A stretch of 64,000 bases of DNA. Source: Salisapilia sapeloensis CBS 127946 (Eukaryota; Protista; Oomycota). The translations under genes were made by a program, and so were the position numbers. Under the pieces are notes generated by a model. It had not been told where the DNA came from. It saw only the letters and a program-made list of their open reading frames with translations, and did not search any database. Positions 47,685-60,225 of this stretch are shown here, in pieces. Within the stretch, counting starts at the first letter, position 1; the number at the start of each line of letters is the position of its first letter. The stretch spans positions 28,092-92,091 of the forward strand of contig JAADVB010000049.1 of NCBI GenBank assembly GCA_023334545.1, read 5' to 3'.

Positions 47685-49506
47685 TTACAGTTTCCATGGA
47701 GGTCGATTCTCCGTCCGAGACGACGTTTGGAAAGTCTTACGCACTCTCGAAGTCCCATTTGGAGACAATGTACCACGAGGAGATATCGAACGCGGAGAAC
47801 TCGTCGCTCGTGGCGATCCACTAGCTCCAGACGCTGCTAGTCGAGCTTTAATCGCTCCATCCACCGTACGGTCCGGTACGTCCTTCCGCGACAACTTGTC
47901 CTTAACAGAAGATAGCAACTCGTCTGAAAGGGGGAGACTTGCACGGATATCTGGCTTGGCGAACGGATGACGAGCGATCTCGTACAGTAGATCATCCGGA
48001 AGGCAGTGCATCAACTAAGATAGATGAGATTCATACTTAATAGGTACAAAACCTAGTGTAATACCTGCAGCGCGACGGAGATGAGCTGATCAGCCTGGAG
48101 CTGAGGTGTAGATCGTAGGCTCAGGATCTTCATCAGATCCATATTCCTATGCGTGCTTTTCCATTAAGTACATACCATACTTATATATCAACCTTCTTAT
48201 ATACTTTTTCAAGAGCTCATCACGAAGGAGAATCGTTCGAGCGACGGCAAGTACCACGACAAAGTGCACTCCGACAGCAAAGAGCTACCATATAGAAATT
48301 AGAGTAGGAAGGAGGAGAACATGTATAGTACGTACGACATCCCACACACGCAGGAGCTCTTGGAGAGGAGGGACGCAGGCGAAGAGACTGAGGATGAGCG
48401 GAAGAGCGTAGATACGAGCAGTGATGCCACGCACACTTAGGTGGTGGTACAGCTCTACATCCAACTAGGACCCAACGACAATCAGCATATTGTAGAGTAG
48501 TACTAATGAAAAGAATATACCGTCTGTAAGCATTTGTCCACGAGAGCACAACCGTTCTCGACGCCTCGGAGCTGCGGGGCCACGTACAGAGGACAGTGGC
48601 GTGCGATCAGGTTGCAGAATGAGTGGAAGGCATCGGCTTCCGGCATCACGTACAAGAACGGCGCACACAAGACGTTCATGCCTTGAATATATCTACCACC
48701 TCTACACGTCAGCATCTACCTAGTACTGTGTACAGGATAGAACGCACCGAATAGAGTCGAGGTCCCCGTTTTCTGGTAGACACGCCATGTCGTCATCCGG
48801 ATTCGCTTCCTACTCATCCATCATCTACTTAGTCTAGCCCCCCTACTCTTCAATCCGAATATGTACAAGTTGGTTGATAAAGGCATTCAAGAGCCTCGCC
48901 AGTTTCTCTTCCGGCACTCTCTGTGCAAACTCTGGGTCGCCTCGGAACGTCCTACATGACGATTATGAACATAGTAGAGAGATTCATCATGTAGATGTAC
49001 GTACCTAAAGGTATCATTCCGAATATCGCAATTGAAACTAGAAGGTCCGATCTGGGTGAGCGTCGTGTAGTGGTCATCATCTTCACGATTCTGGACACCT
49101 AGTAGCACCTTCCAGATCCTCCCTCGTAACGAACACTTGTCCTCTTCCTCGACATTCGTCTCACTCGACGCCGAGTCCGAAAGCTCTGGGCTTTCGGAAA
49201 TCTTGTCGACCTGATGCGACTCTGTCAAGGACATACCAGTCGGTCTGGATTCATCCACTGGCAACCCATGTAGAATCACCATCCGCTTTAACTCTCTCCA
49301 TCGATCGTACTCGGTCGTGATCGGCTGTCCATCACCGTCTAGTGCCTCGATAAGCTCGTTTATCGTCTAGAATACTTATCAAATAGACGCACCAAGAGCA
49401 TTGTCGTCATTTAGTAGACACAAGTACTTTTGTCGTAGCTAGCAACGTATAAGATAAGCACATGATGATGGAAGAAGAGGATGTAAGCTACCTCGTCGTC
49501 CTTCAT
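47685..49506 (-). CDS. BUB2: TBC-domain GAP, Bub2/Cdc16-like (multi-exon; start approximate)
   Basis: ELKRMVILHG, SLRGRIWKVLLG, DIRNDTFR|TFRGD, YIQGMNVLCAPFLYVMPEADAF, PLYVAPQLRGVENGCALVDKCL. Confidence 0.75.
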
Positions 49507-49585
49507 CCTTCGGTCGCTTCGATAATAAGCATACAAACGTCAAGTATAAAACACACACAAGCTGATAGGGAACCTAGGAGAGACG

Positions 49586-52500
49586 ATGGCCGAATCCATG
49601 GATGTCGACCACGATATGCTCGATACCAGTGCTCCACCACAAGTAGGAGAAAGGGTACTCGTCTTCAGTAAGCATGCAGGGGTATGTATACCATCTAGTA
49701 GACATTGCATCAGCTCTAGGAAGTGCTCAATATCGTATAGGTCATCCAATACGTTTCATCTGATCGACAGCTCATCGGAGTGCATCTCGACCGACCGTAT
49801 GGAGACAGCGATGGCATGGTCAATGGGGACATACTATTTGAGTGCAAAGAACATTATGGCGTCTTTGTCCGACCAGATCAGCTCCAAGTACGCTCTCTCT
49901 CTCTCTCGACACTAGTAGATCGATCTTGCTAATAATATCCCATGCAGCGCTTCTCCCATGAAGATGCCGCTGCATGTGTACTGCAAAGCACGTGGCGAAA
50001 GTGGACTGCCATCCAAAAGGTTCTTGCTACATAATCGACAAGACTATATCTCGACACTCATCTCCATCCTCTACTCCAGTTCCGACGTCTCGTAAACATC
50101 CAGTCGTGGAACGTCCTAGACAACAATGAAGAGCAGCTCAATCTCATCCGGAATGAAAAGTTCAAGTCCGCGGAACAAGCACTTACTCTTCTCGCGAACA
50201 AGGTACATTTCTACTAGTCACCTCTCTACATCCTACTAACACCTGCCTAGAAACCACTGCATAGAAGTCCTTCCGTCGCCGCCGTGGAGAGCATCCAGAT
50301 CAGTCCAGACTACACTGGTCCACACATCCAATGGCCTCTAACGATCGAAAACGTCATGAGCCTTCTAGAGTCCTTTAAAACAGGCGAAATACTGCATTCC
50401 AAGTACCTTCTCCAAGTCATCAAAGAGGCCATTACGATCCTATCTCCACGTCCGACACTCCAAGAAGTGCAGCTCAAGGAAGGCGAGACGATAACTGTCG
50501 TAGGTGACCTCCATGGCCAGCTCCAAGACCTCTTTACGATCTTTTCACTCAACGGTCTTCCGTCTCCTACGAACAAGTACCTTTTTAACGGCGACTTTGT
50601 CGATCGAGGACGATATGGCACGGAAGTCGTCTTGTGTCTCCTCTGTTTCCTCATCTTATATCCTGACTCGATCTACCTCAATCGTGGTAACCACGAGTCG
50701 AGAAACCAGAACACCTGGATGGGCTTTGAAGACGAACTCTGGTCCAAGTACACTGGCTTCGACGCCGACGACGATCCAGAGCGAGCGAACTACATCTTTG
50801 AACGTTTCCAATCGCTATTCGAATCCCTTCCTCTCTGCTGTATCTTGCAAGATAAAATCTTCGTCGCCCATGGAGGTCTCTTCTCTCGAGATAACGTCAC
50901 GCTAGCGCACTTGCGTGCCGTGAAACGCAAGCGAGAGCCTCCTCTTCATCAGACGAACTTTGAAGACAAGATCTATGAAGACTTGCTCTGGAGTGATCCA
51001 CGTCCGATTGCCTCGAGGCAACCGTCTGAACGAGGAGCTGGCGTCGAGTTCGGTGTCGAAGTCACAAACAACTTTTGCATCGTGAATAAAGTCGCACTCA
51101 TCATCCGGTCGCACGAGTGTGTCCCAGAAGGCTTCGAGATCCTCCATGGCGGACGTCTCATCACGCTCTTCTCTGCTTCGAGATACTGTGGGACGCAAAT
51201 GAATAAAGGAGCTTTCCTAACGCTCGGACCGAGTCTCCAGCCAGAGATACAACAGTTCTACGCCCACCCGATCGACGAAAGCGCGTTTAAACTACCAGAA
51301 GACACAGAGCTACAGAACACTTTGGAGGAAGACACGCTCCGGATGATTGCTGAACGCATCTGCGACCATCGTCCGTCACTCTTCTGGTACTTTACCCAGC
51401 ATCAGGAAGAAGACAAGGGCACAGTCCCGAGACTCGTGTGGGCCGAAGCACTCAAGTCTGTGCTGCAGCTCGACCTGCCGTTCTTGACGTACCAAGCTCG
51501 ACTGGCAGATGCAGATGATGACACTGGACGGATCAACTACTCTCGTTTCTTAACGAGGTATCGTATCGAGAATGACGCTGTCGACAAGAACGGATGGCAG
51601 GAGAGTCTCATCGCTCGTATCTGTAAGAAACTCTTCCGAGCCATGGGCGCAGGGGACGTCCAGCAAGCTTTCAAGGTCTTTGATACCGACCAGAATGGAT
51701 ACATCGAGTACGAAGAGTTCATGTCGACGTTGAAGAAGATGGACACGGGGCTCGCGGATCAACAGGTCTATGAACTCATGCGCACAGCCGACGCGAATGA
51801 CGACGGACGGATCGACTTTTCTGAATTCGCACAGCGCTTTGAACTCATCTTTACACGCGCCAAAAACGCACCACCGTCGCCTAGTAGCAACTCTTCTAGC
51901 CTTGACTCACCCTCGGCCATGGCAGTGGATAAAGACAGCACTCGTCCGCCATCTCCTCTAGATAAGAAGGAGTCTGGCATGAGACGAAGGGTGTCGACTA
52001 TCGACGAGTTCACGTTCACGCCGACACCGGCGACGGACGTGGATATCGATACCATGGCTGTGCTTGTCAAGATCGGACGCACGCTCTTTGCCATGGACGG
52101 ATCGCTCCAAGATCACTTCACACGCTTTGACATCAACCAAGATGGTGTCCTCCAGCGAGAAGAGTTCGCTCAGGCGCTCCAGCAGCTAGGGTTTACGCTG
52201 TCACCAGATCTCTTTTCGAAAGTCATGACGGCTGTCGACACGGATGCAGGCGACTCGATCGACTACAAGGAGTTCGTGTCAGCGTTTGGCATCCAAGACC
52301 TCAAGGAGAGAGACGGCGGCGGGATGACGTGGCAGAGCTCTGTCCTCCAACAAGTCTCGAATGTCCTGTATCAGCATCGTATCCACATCCGAAACGCCTT
52401 CCGGATGTTCGATCGCGGGAACACAGGATACATTAGTAAAGATGAGTTCCGGACGGGCATCAAGACGTTTAATGCCGTGCTCAACTCGCCGTTATCAGAC

Positions 52501-52617
52501 GATCAGGTGGAAGAGCTACTTGACTTTCTCGACACGAATAACGATGGTGTCGTCAGCTATCGCGAGTTCCTAGATGGGTTCAGAGTCGTCGACGTGCAGA
52601 TGGTGGAAGAAGAGTGA
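49586..52617 (+). CDS. PPEF: PPEF/rdgC-type Ser/Thr phosphatase with N-terminal IQ motif and six or more EF-hands
   Basis: AAACVLQSTWRKW IQ-like exon; VGDLHGQ, FNGDFVDRG, NRGNHE, AHGG, IRSHE, FSASRY; EF loops DTDQNGYIEYEE, DANDDGRIDFSE, DINQDGVLQREE, DTDAGDSIDYKE, DRGNTGYISKDE, DTNNDGVVSYRE. Confidence 0.9.
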
Positions 52618-52785
52618 GGAAACGAGATACTTGTAGGTAGAAACTGAACATGGAGAATCTTTGTAGGGTAGACTTGACCCCGTTACTCGCATCGGATCTG
52701 ATACTGATCGTGGGACTTGAATGATCGGAAGGATTAGATGATATGCACTACATGCCCTCAAGAGCATTTCCCAATCGTTAAAGAC

Positions 52786-54074
52786 ATGGAGACGTCCCAC
52801 AAGAACCGGTTACCACAGGAGCTCATGCCCACGACCATTGACGTCTCGAACGATCAGAGGCTCGCGCTGCACGACATTGCGAATGAAGTCGTGCATACTA
52901 CCGTTGGTGACTTGGACCAGTTCGTACGGGACAATCGCAAATTACCATCCGTCGCGTGGAAGCATCTTAAGTCCACCGACGGTATCCAAATATATAAAGC
53001 ACGAACACTTCCTGCCGATGGAAAGGTCGAAGCTAGTCCTGTGAGCCCAGCCACCTCGACGCTGTCTGCGGACAGTGTCTTCTCCGACACGCCGAGTGAA
53101 CGTGGTCAGCTCTCCTCAGCTCAACCGCCGCAAGTCAAGGCTACAGGCTACATTGATTGCAGTCTAAATGACTATTTGCTAGCTACTAAAATCGAAACAT
53201 CATCGATATCTACACTCTTGCCAGCCCATAAGAAAGAGGTACATGAGCTTTTCATTTGTATTTGCCATCCGGCATGAATATGTCGTTTACGTATACAACG
53301 TAGCGCTTCCATCTCATCCGGACGCTCCGAGTGCTCGAGAGACCGACAAAGGAGCATCCCCTCTGCTTTCTGGCTATCCGATGGTTCGTAGTGGAACGCG
53401 CTGGTATCAAGAATCGAGAGTTTCTAATTCTTGAGGGCAGCGGGACCACGCGGGACTCGCGTGGTAACCCAGTCGGATACCACGTCTTCCATAGCGTCGA
53501 TTTGCCCCAACTCAAACGCATTACATGCAACATTCGAGCAGCCATGTCCTTTTGCTGGATCGTTCGTCCCGACGGCGACAAGCAATGCGAACTCTATTGC
53601 CAAGGCTATACTAATCTACGAGGGTCGATCCTCGACCTCGTCCGCTTACATATTGTCGTGAAACTCGCGCTCTACGTCTCTCTCATCGGAGAAGAGGCGC
53701 TATTAAAGAAACTACAGTACTGTGCACAGCAGTCAATCGAAGGCAAACTCCATATGCGACCGAGAAAGAATTCGTATCGACCGCCTCACTTTCGCACATG
53801 CAGCCTCTGCCCTATCAAACTCCAAGCAGCAGGATCAACCGTCATCTGCGAGATCTGTCACCAGGTACTTGACACAACTATCCTCTACCTCTTCCTTTTC
53901 TTATGATTCATATGCTTCTAGGGAGCTTGTGGCAAGTGCAGTGCATGGAAAAAAGTGCCGTTGCGAGTGGACAACCAAGTCGAGCGCAAGTACCGACCAT
54001 TCTGCGTTCGATGCATCTTGATGGCGAAATCGATGGACTCGAAAGAGTTTGCGAAAAGGGTTTTAATCAACTAA
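52786..54074 (+). CDS. Oomycete-type START-like + FYVE zinc-finger protein (3 exons)
   Basis: WKHLKSTDGIQIYK, FLAIRW..NREFLILE, GYHVFHSVDLPQL; Cys pattern CSLC..CEICHQ|..CGKC..FCVRC; stop at 54072-54074. Confidence 0.75.
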
Positions 54075-54177
54075 GCTACGCTTCTTATCAGTGCATGTAG
54101 GAGATGTCGTAATGCGTACGAAAGTATATTCACATTCATGTCAGACTTCAAACTACTTTAAGTCCATGCAAGTCGAC

Positions 54178-54949
54178 TTAGACGTGACCACGAAGCATTT
54201 CGACACGCTCATCATTCTCTTCTTCTTCTGGCTCCTCTTCCACATCATCCTCGGCTATCGGCACTTGAATCCCTTTCTTGGCTAAATACATGCCACGCAG
54301 TTTGTCGGACGACAGAGCTACGAACGTCTTCCACTGATCTTCCACGCGCAAGATCTCTGCTGCCTCCACGATCGATTCAGCTGATGTCAGCATCTTTTCC
54401 AGCCGTCCCACTGCATCATAGTAGGATCTCCCGATCGCACTCGACCGAGTCGGTCGGAGAAGAACCGATGCCTGGGACTCACCAGTGTCCGACCTCCGGC
54501 GCTTACGCTGAGACTCAAAGCTCTGGAGCGACGGACCATTCTTTCTCTCCATATTTGATTTGGCTAGTACAAACGTTAAGTCTTACCAAGACATATTTCC
54601 ATCGTCAAAATGTACCTTGGTCATCATCGGTACTACCGCCCGAATCAATTGTCTGCTGCTCATTCTTCAATGGAGCCCTTCCGACACTCACCGGATCATC
54701 CGCTGCAGCATTCACATTCCCCGTTCGTAACTCCCACCCGTTCTTCTTATACAAACGCTTTAAAGCACTCCACTTGTTCTTGAGTGTCACGAGTTTCAAG
54801 TTATCAGGTACGCCTTCCGGATGGATACGCGTGTGGAACTGTGCTTCTACGTCATGCCAGTTCACCCGATCCACCTGGGCTTCCATGATCTGCTTCAAGA
54901 CCTCTTCCCTCCTCAAATCCCACGCATACTGCTTGCCAGACCCTGCCAT
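54178..54949 (-). CDS. Myb/SANT-like DNA-binding protein of PIF/Harbinger accessory type
   Basis: YAWDLRREEVLKQIME..NWHDVEAQF..LKNKWSALKRLY; C-terminal EAAEILRVEDQWKTFVALSSDKLRGMYL helical motif; likely start MAGSGKQ at 54949. Confidence 0.65.
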
Positions 54950-55076
54950 CCGTCCTCCTACCGCCTTGATCTCCGTCTTTCGATTCCTATCAGAAAAAAA
55001 TTTCGAACGCGACTTGAAGTGGGGAATAAGGTGGTCCACGCTACTTTCGGACGACAATGACCCTTGTCATCCAAGA

Positions 55077-55084
55077 GCGGGAAA
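55077..55084 (-). promoter_or_regulatory. Perfect E2F consensus TTTCCCGC in the bidirectional promoter, 10 nt before the telobox gene ATG
   Basis: Plus strand reads GCGGGAAA. A single 8-mer is expected a couple of times per 64 kb by chance, so only its position supports it. Confidence 0.4.
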
Positions 55085-55093
55085 CCTCGGCCG

Positions 55094-56487
55094 ATGGACG
55101 GACAGATGACGGACGACTTGGCCCTCGTGGCGAGTCTACTGGGCTACTATGGCCTTGTAGACGAAGCTGAGCGTACATCTTGCATGTTTGTACAAGTAGG
55201 ATGCAGCTGAGACGTATTGTAGCTATATTAAGAAAGATGGAGGAGGGTGGCGTGGTGCTGCCAGAGGAGAGCGCGACCAAGTGGTACCTCCTCTATGCTG
55301 CGTTGCGTAAAGACCTCAAGCTCGGCAAGATCAACTACACACATGTCTACGAGCGACTCATGCAACTCGTACAAGTTACAACGATAAGCTACTAGCATCT
55401 AAGCTGACCATTCTTTAGCTCGTGAAGCTCCCGATGGACGTGGTCAAGACACTGTTTCAAACTCGCCTTCCCATCCATGTCCTCTCTTCCCTTCTATTCA
55501 TTAAGAAACGCTTGTATTAAGTCTCTATGACAGGTCATTGTAAAAAACCTGGATGAAGAGTTTTGTCGATACTCGGATGAAGACTTTATCCTTGAGCGAG
55601 AGGAGCTCCTGCGGTTTAATGGAGCTCTAGAGGTCTGTCAGGAGATGCAGAGGAACCTCGTCTCGAGTGGTGAGGAAGAGGAAGACAGGCAAGATGCTCC
55701 AGCCTCTTCTCTCGCATCCTTTATCGAAATGGTCGACACGCTCAAGGAAGAAAAGCAACCAAAGGTACCTCTTGCCAACCACTTGTTCCTCTTCTCGATA
55801 CTCATGCAGTGTCTAGACCAAGTGGGATGCCATCGTGAAAGAGTTTATCTTGGAAGAAAGCGTCTTCCGTCGAGACATGGAGCGCAGTCTTTTGCAGATG
55901 CAAGAAGCCACGCTCGGCCGTCCAAAGCATCCGTCTCCAAAGCCTCGTCACTCTCGTCCTCACAAGAAGCGAAAGTAAATCCACAATTAGCAGGTCGTAT
56001 GCATCTCTCTCATTCGTATGGTCTCATAGAGTAACGCACAAGTCCGAGGTCGTCCAGCGCTATCCTTCCACTGCCGCCGAGTGGGAGAAGGGTCTCGAAG
56101 ACCACGCCATCTCTCTCCCTTCCACAGCCACAGAAGACCACACGAAGTCATCCACAGCAGCTGCCAACGGTACGCTTTTCTACATCCATTTTCTTCCTAT
56201 CTAACCTCTCTCCAGACGACACGAGCTCCATCGAATCCGAGAGCGACGACAATGAGGCACAGTCTCAGTCAGCACCTCGGAAGACTCGAGCATCCTCTCG
56301 CGTCCGCCGCTTCTGGTCGACTGAAGAGACGGAAGCTCTCATCGCTGGTATCCACAAGTTCCACGGTCGAGACAAGATGTGGTCACTGATAAAACAAGAG
56401 CACAGCGACGTCCTAGCACATCGGTCGAACGTCGACATCAAGGACAAGTACCGGAACCTGATCAAGTTTGGCAAACTCGAGATTTAA
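55094..56487 (+). CDS. TRF-like telobox Myb protein: N-terminal helical domain, linker, C-terminal single Myb (about 7 exons)
   Basis: Splices in frame to RVRRFWSTEETEALIAGIHKFHGRDKMWSLIKQEHSDVLAHRSNVDIKDKYRNLIKF* (TAA 56485-56487). The R-x-x-V-D-I-K-D-K-Y-R-N segment is telobox-like. First exon (ATG 55094) is less certain. Confidence 0.75.
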
Positions 56488-56654
56488 AAGCAACTGATTT
56501 TCTTTTTTTTCGCCCCAGATACAACTTTCTTTCTTTCGTCCAGTTCCTCGCCGATGAAAACGATCTTCGCGGCGGCGTGTACATTCTTTCTTCTCTTCTT
56601 CTTCTTTCAGCGAATACGCATGTATCTTCGATCGATACAATTCTTGTGCATGGC

Positions 56655-58278
56655 TTAAGCGCGACCGACGGATGTGCTCATGGATAAATCGTTCGGCGTG
56701 TTGTACGTGAACCCTTGGAACGTATTACTCGGTCGAGACGCATCCGACGTCCGGAGCGCATTGTTTTCGACGCTATTGATCTGCATCTTGGTGAATTCCG
56801 CTTCAAAGTTCTTCGTCTCTTCAGCACTGCCGCTCGAAGCACATGGGTTGAACGGAGGGGAGATCTTGCGGTCGTACAACGCTTGCCAGTCCAAACCGCG
56901 GAAGAACTCGTGGTTCTTCACGTCATCTGCGCTGCGACTACCCAATCGCTCGCTCGGGTTACGGTTCAACAGACCACTGATCAGACTACGCGCAGACGAT
57001 CCGACTTCATCCGGGAACGTCAGCGGCGCATTCCGCACTCGGTCAAACAGCTTCTGACGGTTGCGAGTGTACCATGGAGGGAGACCCGTCAGCATCTCGT
57101 ACAAGACCATGCCGAGCGCCCACCAGTCGACAGCTGTGCCGTGTCCCGCTCGGTCGAGGATCTCGGGAGGAAGGTACTCTGGCGTCCCACACATCGAGTT
57201 GGCCCCTTCTGCGCCGTCCGTAATACCTTCCTTTGCCAGTCCAAAGTCCGCTAGGAGCGCATGGCCGACGGAATCGAACAGAATGTTCTCGGGTTTGAGG
57301 TCTCGGTAGACGATCCCGAGCTGATGCAAGTGTTCGAGTGCTAGTGCAACTTCAGCAGCGTAGAACTTGGCCATGTTCTCTGAAAACTTTTCCATCCGAG
57401 AGAGATGGAAGAAGAGTTCACCGCCAGGACAATAGTCCAGGACGAAGTAGAGCTTCTGAGACGTCTGGAAAGCGTAGTGCAAGTGGACGATGAACGGATG
57501 CTTCGCTCGACCGAGGACGCGACGCTCCGTACGCGTGTGCTCGACCTGATTGCGCTTCTTGACGTTACTTTTGTTCAAAGTCTTCATCGCGAACAAACGC
57601 TTGCCCTCCTTCTTCCGCACTAGCGTCACTTTACCATAGGAGCCTTTACCGATGACCTTGAGTAGCTCAAAGTCGTCCAAGTTGGTCTTGGGCGTATTGA
57701 ACAGTGCCTCGCTCTTCTCGCCACCGGCCTGCGTCTCGCCAGCGTCGTACTTGATGGCGTTCGGGCCATGCACTTCTTCATCCAGTGGCTCTTTCTATCG
57801 TAATGATAAGTAAAAAGATCAAGATGAGGTTGATCGGGATCAATACGTTTTGGAGGAGAAAGTCTCGGAAATGGTCCGACAGGCGCGGATCGGGCGTCCC
57901 GGATGTGCCATCCCATGAGCACAAGAGGTGGAGCCAAAATGTGAGCTCTTGCTGACGCTTCTCGATAAACTCCTTGTTCAAGGAGCCGAGGAATTTCTTG
58001 GGCGGCAGAGCTGGGCTCTTGTAGCCGTCCGCCACGAGCTAGGCATAATAGGTCAATCGTTTGTAGTAGATAGGAGTCCTAGGAAAAGGTACCTTGTCGT
58101 GGAACTCTTTAAACTCGTGGTATCGATGCTTGACGACGTACATGGCGCCTTCGGACTGGACCTGGAGAAAGTAGACGGTGGTCTTGGAGCCATTATGACT
58201 CTTGTTCTCGTGGCCGATGATGCCGATAAAGGTCGGCCCTTTGCCGTTGCCGCTACTCGTCGAATCCGTCGTGCTCAT
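56655..58278 (-). CDS. AGC kinase (SGK/Akt-like) with N-terminal PX domain (3 exons)
   Basis: PX: VVKHRYHEFKEFHDK|..LPPKKFLGSLNKEFIEKRQQEL. Kinase: VIGKGSYGKV, YRDLKPEN, DFG, CGTPEYL; hydrophobic motif FQGFTY. Confidence 0.92.
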
Positions 58279-58812
58279 TCGTAAAGACAAGTATACTCTT
58301 GTGCCAACCTGTGCGCAAGGTCGCTAGAGTCTGGAAATGAGCACCAGCGTCCGGAGAGAGCTGGCTCGACCAATTGGGACGTGCATTGCGAGACAAAGAC
58401 CGAAGCATTACCAGCTTGATGCCTTCGTACTGCGTTGGAGTATAGTCGAAAGACAGCTGGTTTTCGTGCTACTTTTTCTGGGCGGACGAGCAGGACGATG
58501 GACTGGCGAGGTCCAGTTGATACGACCAGAGGATGGTCTTTTCAGTCGAAAGAGAGCCGGCATGCATGATGGACAGGGAGAAGGCGGATTTTGGAGAACG
58601 GACGGGCGATTTCGAAGGAGGAAGGCGCGATGGGGCAACGATGCGATCGTACGGTCGTCGTGACCTTGGTGGAAACTTGGAGGACCGACGAAACAAAGGA
58701 CGAACGAATGTACTTATCACGATCGGGTGACGAAGCGCCTCGTTTGACAGAGATGCAATCCAATCGCAGCAACACAGTGATCGAATGCCCATCAAACTCG
58801 ATGCAATTCGTG

Positions 58813-59240
58813 CTAACGCGCCAGACGGCAGTAGCGCAGATTGCTATCTCTTTCACACGCCCTGAGGCGTTTCAGACTTCGTCTACACGTGCCTAGATCA
58901 CAAAATGTGGACTCAAAGGTCAACTCTGCACGAGTGTCCAATTCGTCATGGTACTCGTGTGCAGGCAATCTTCTTGTGAAAGCAATGCGCCATCCCATAA
59001 ACCAAGGAGCTCGTTCGGGATACCATTGATGAGTGATCTTCCACCGTCTAGTGCCAGTCTCTACACCATCCTCTAGCTAGCCGTGGCCATGTCGAGATAC
59101 TCCGTAGTACCTTTGTAAGCAGACCGTTGCGTAATCGAGAGGCACCTCCGTGGTACATTCTTGCTCGAAGCGAAAGACGCATGCCAATGTTTCCACAAAC
59201 GCGTTTGAGGCAGTGAGTGCGAACGTGCCGAAAACTAGTC
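58813..59240 (-). CDS. Possible 3' exons of an unknown intron-rich gene
   Basis: FGTFALTASNAFVETLACVFRFEQECTTEVPLDYATVCLQ R|RWKITHQWYPERAPWFMGWRIAF.. joins in frame across a GT-AG intron. Upstream exons unresolved. Confidence 0.3.
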
Positions 59241-60225
59241 GGCAACAAGCCGAGACTCGTCGACCAAACCTTCTCTAAATTTTCATAAAAACGCTATCTC
59301 GAAAAGTTCCATCTACAGCATCAACTAGACTTGATGCTCTTGTCAGCTTCCAAAGAAGCTAATTGTATCATGTAATCCAGCTTTTCTGAAGACGATAACG
59401 CAGTTGATGCATGTGCATGTCATCAAGTTGTGGATTATTTCTGATAGATCCTGAACTGATGGACGTGCTGAAAAGAAAACAGCACGCGTGTGTACAGATA
59501 AAAGTTTGCAATCCACTAGGTAATGACTTGAAGCTACTAGCATACGCTTCTCGAACAAGCCAGCCAAGATGAGCTGATAGGAATGTCGAATAAACCATTT
59601 ACATGCTACATAGCTCACTGGTTAAATTGCTTTCACACAGAGCTCAACGCATGCAAATTGTATGCTGCCAAATGTCTACTATACAGCGTCAAGACCGTAT
59701 CGCATCATACGTTTCAATTTCATCCTCGCCGTCGTGTTGAGGAGAAGCAAGGAAGATTGAGTGACAAACAAGTTGTACATCGTCTTTCGTCTCAATGGCG
59801 GCAGGTTTACAAGAAATGCACTTGCAGTAGTACTCACGACAGACAGAAATGTATGGTTGCTCTTCCTCTCATGGAAATCTGGAACGTAGAGTACTAGGAA
59901 GCTTCTACCATCTCTATCCCATGCTTTGAAACCTCTACGCGAGAAGAATCTGGCTACATCATCTATTCGTACCTACATCCTGGCCGCATGCCGTTGTCCA
60001 TGTAAGACCTCTGCTGCCGATATCACTGCACGTGACGCCAGTAGCTTCGACCAAAGCTACTTGATGACTGGCACTAGACTATCCACCACACATCCAAACG
60101 CACTAGACAAGGTACCTACAAGTCGCGACACGACAAAGCCTACACTAAACGCATGTCAGAGCACACAAGAAATGAAAAGCTGAATTCGTAGCATGTTGCT
60201 TGTTATGCACTTGGTTCGGCTGCAT

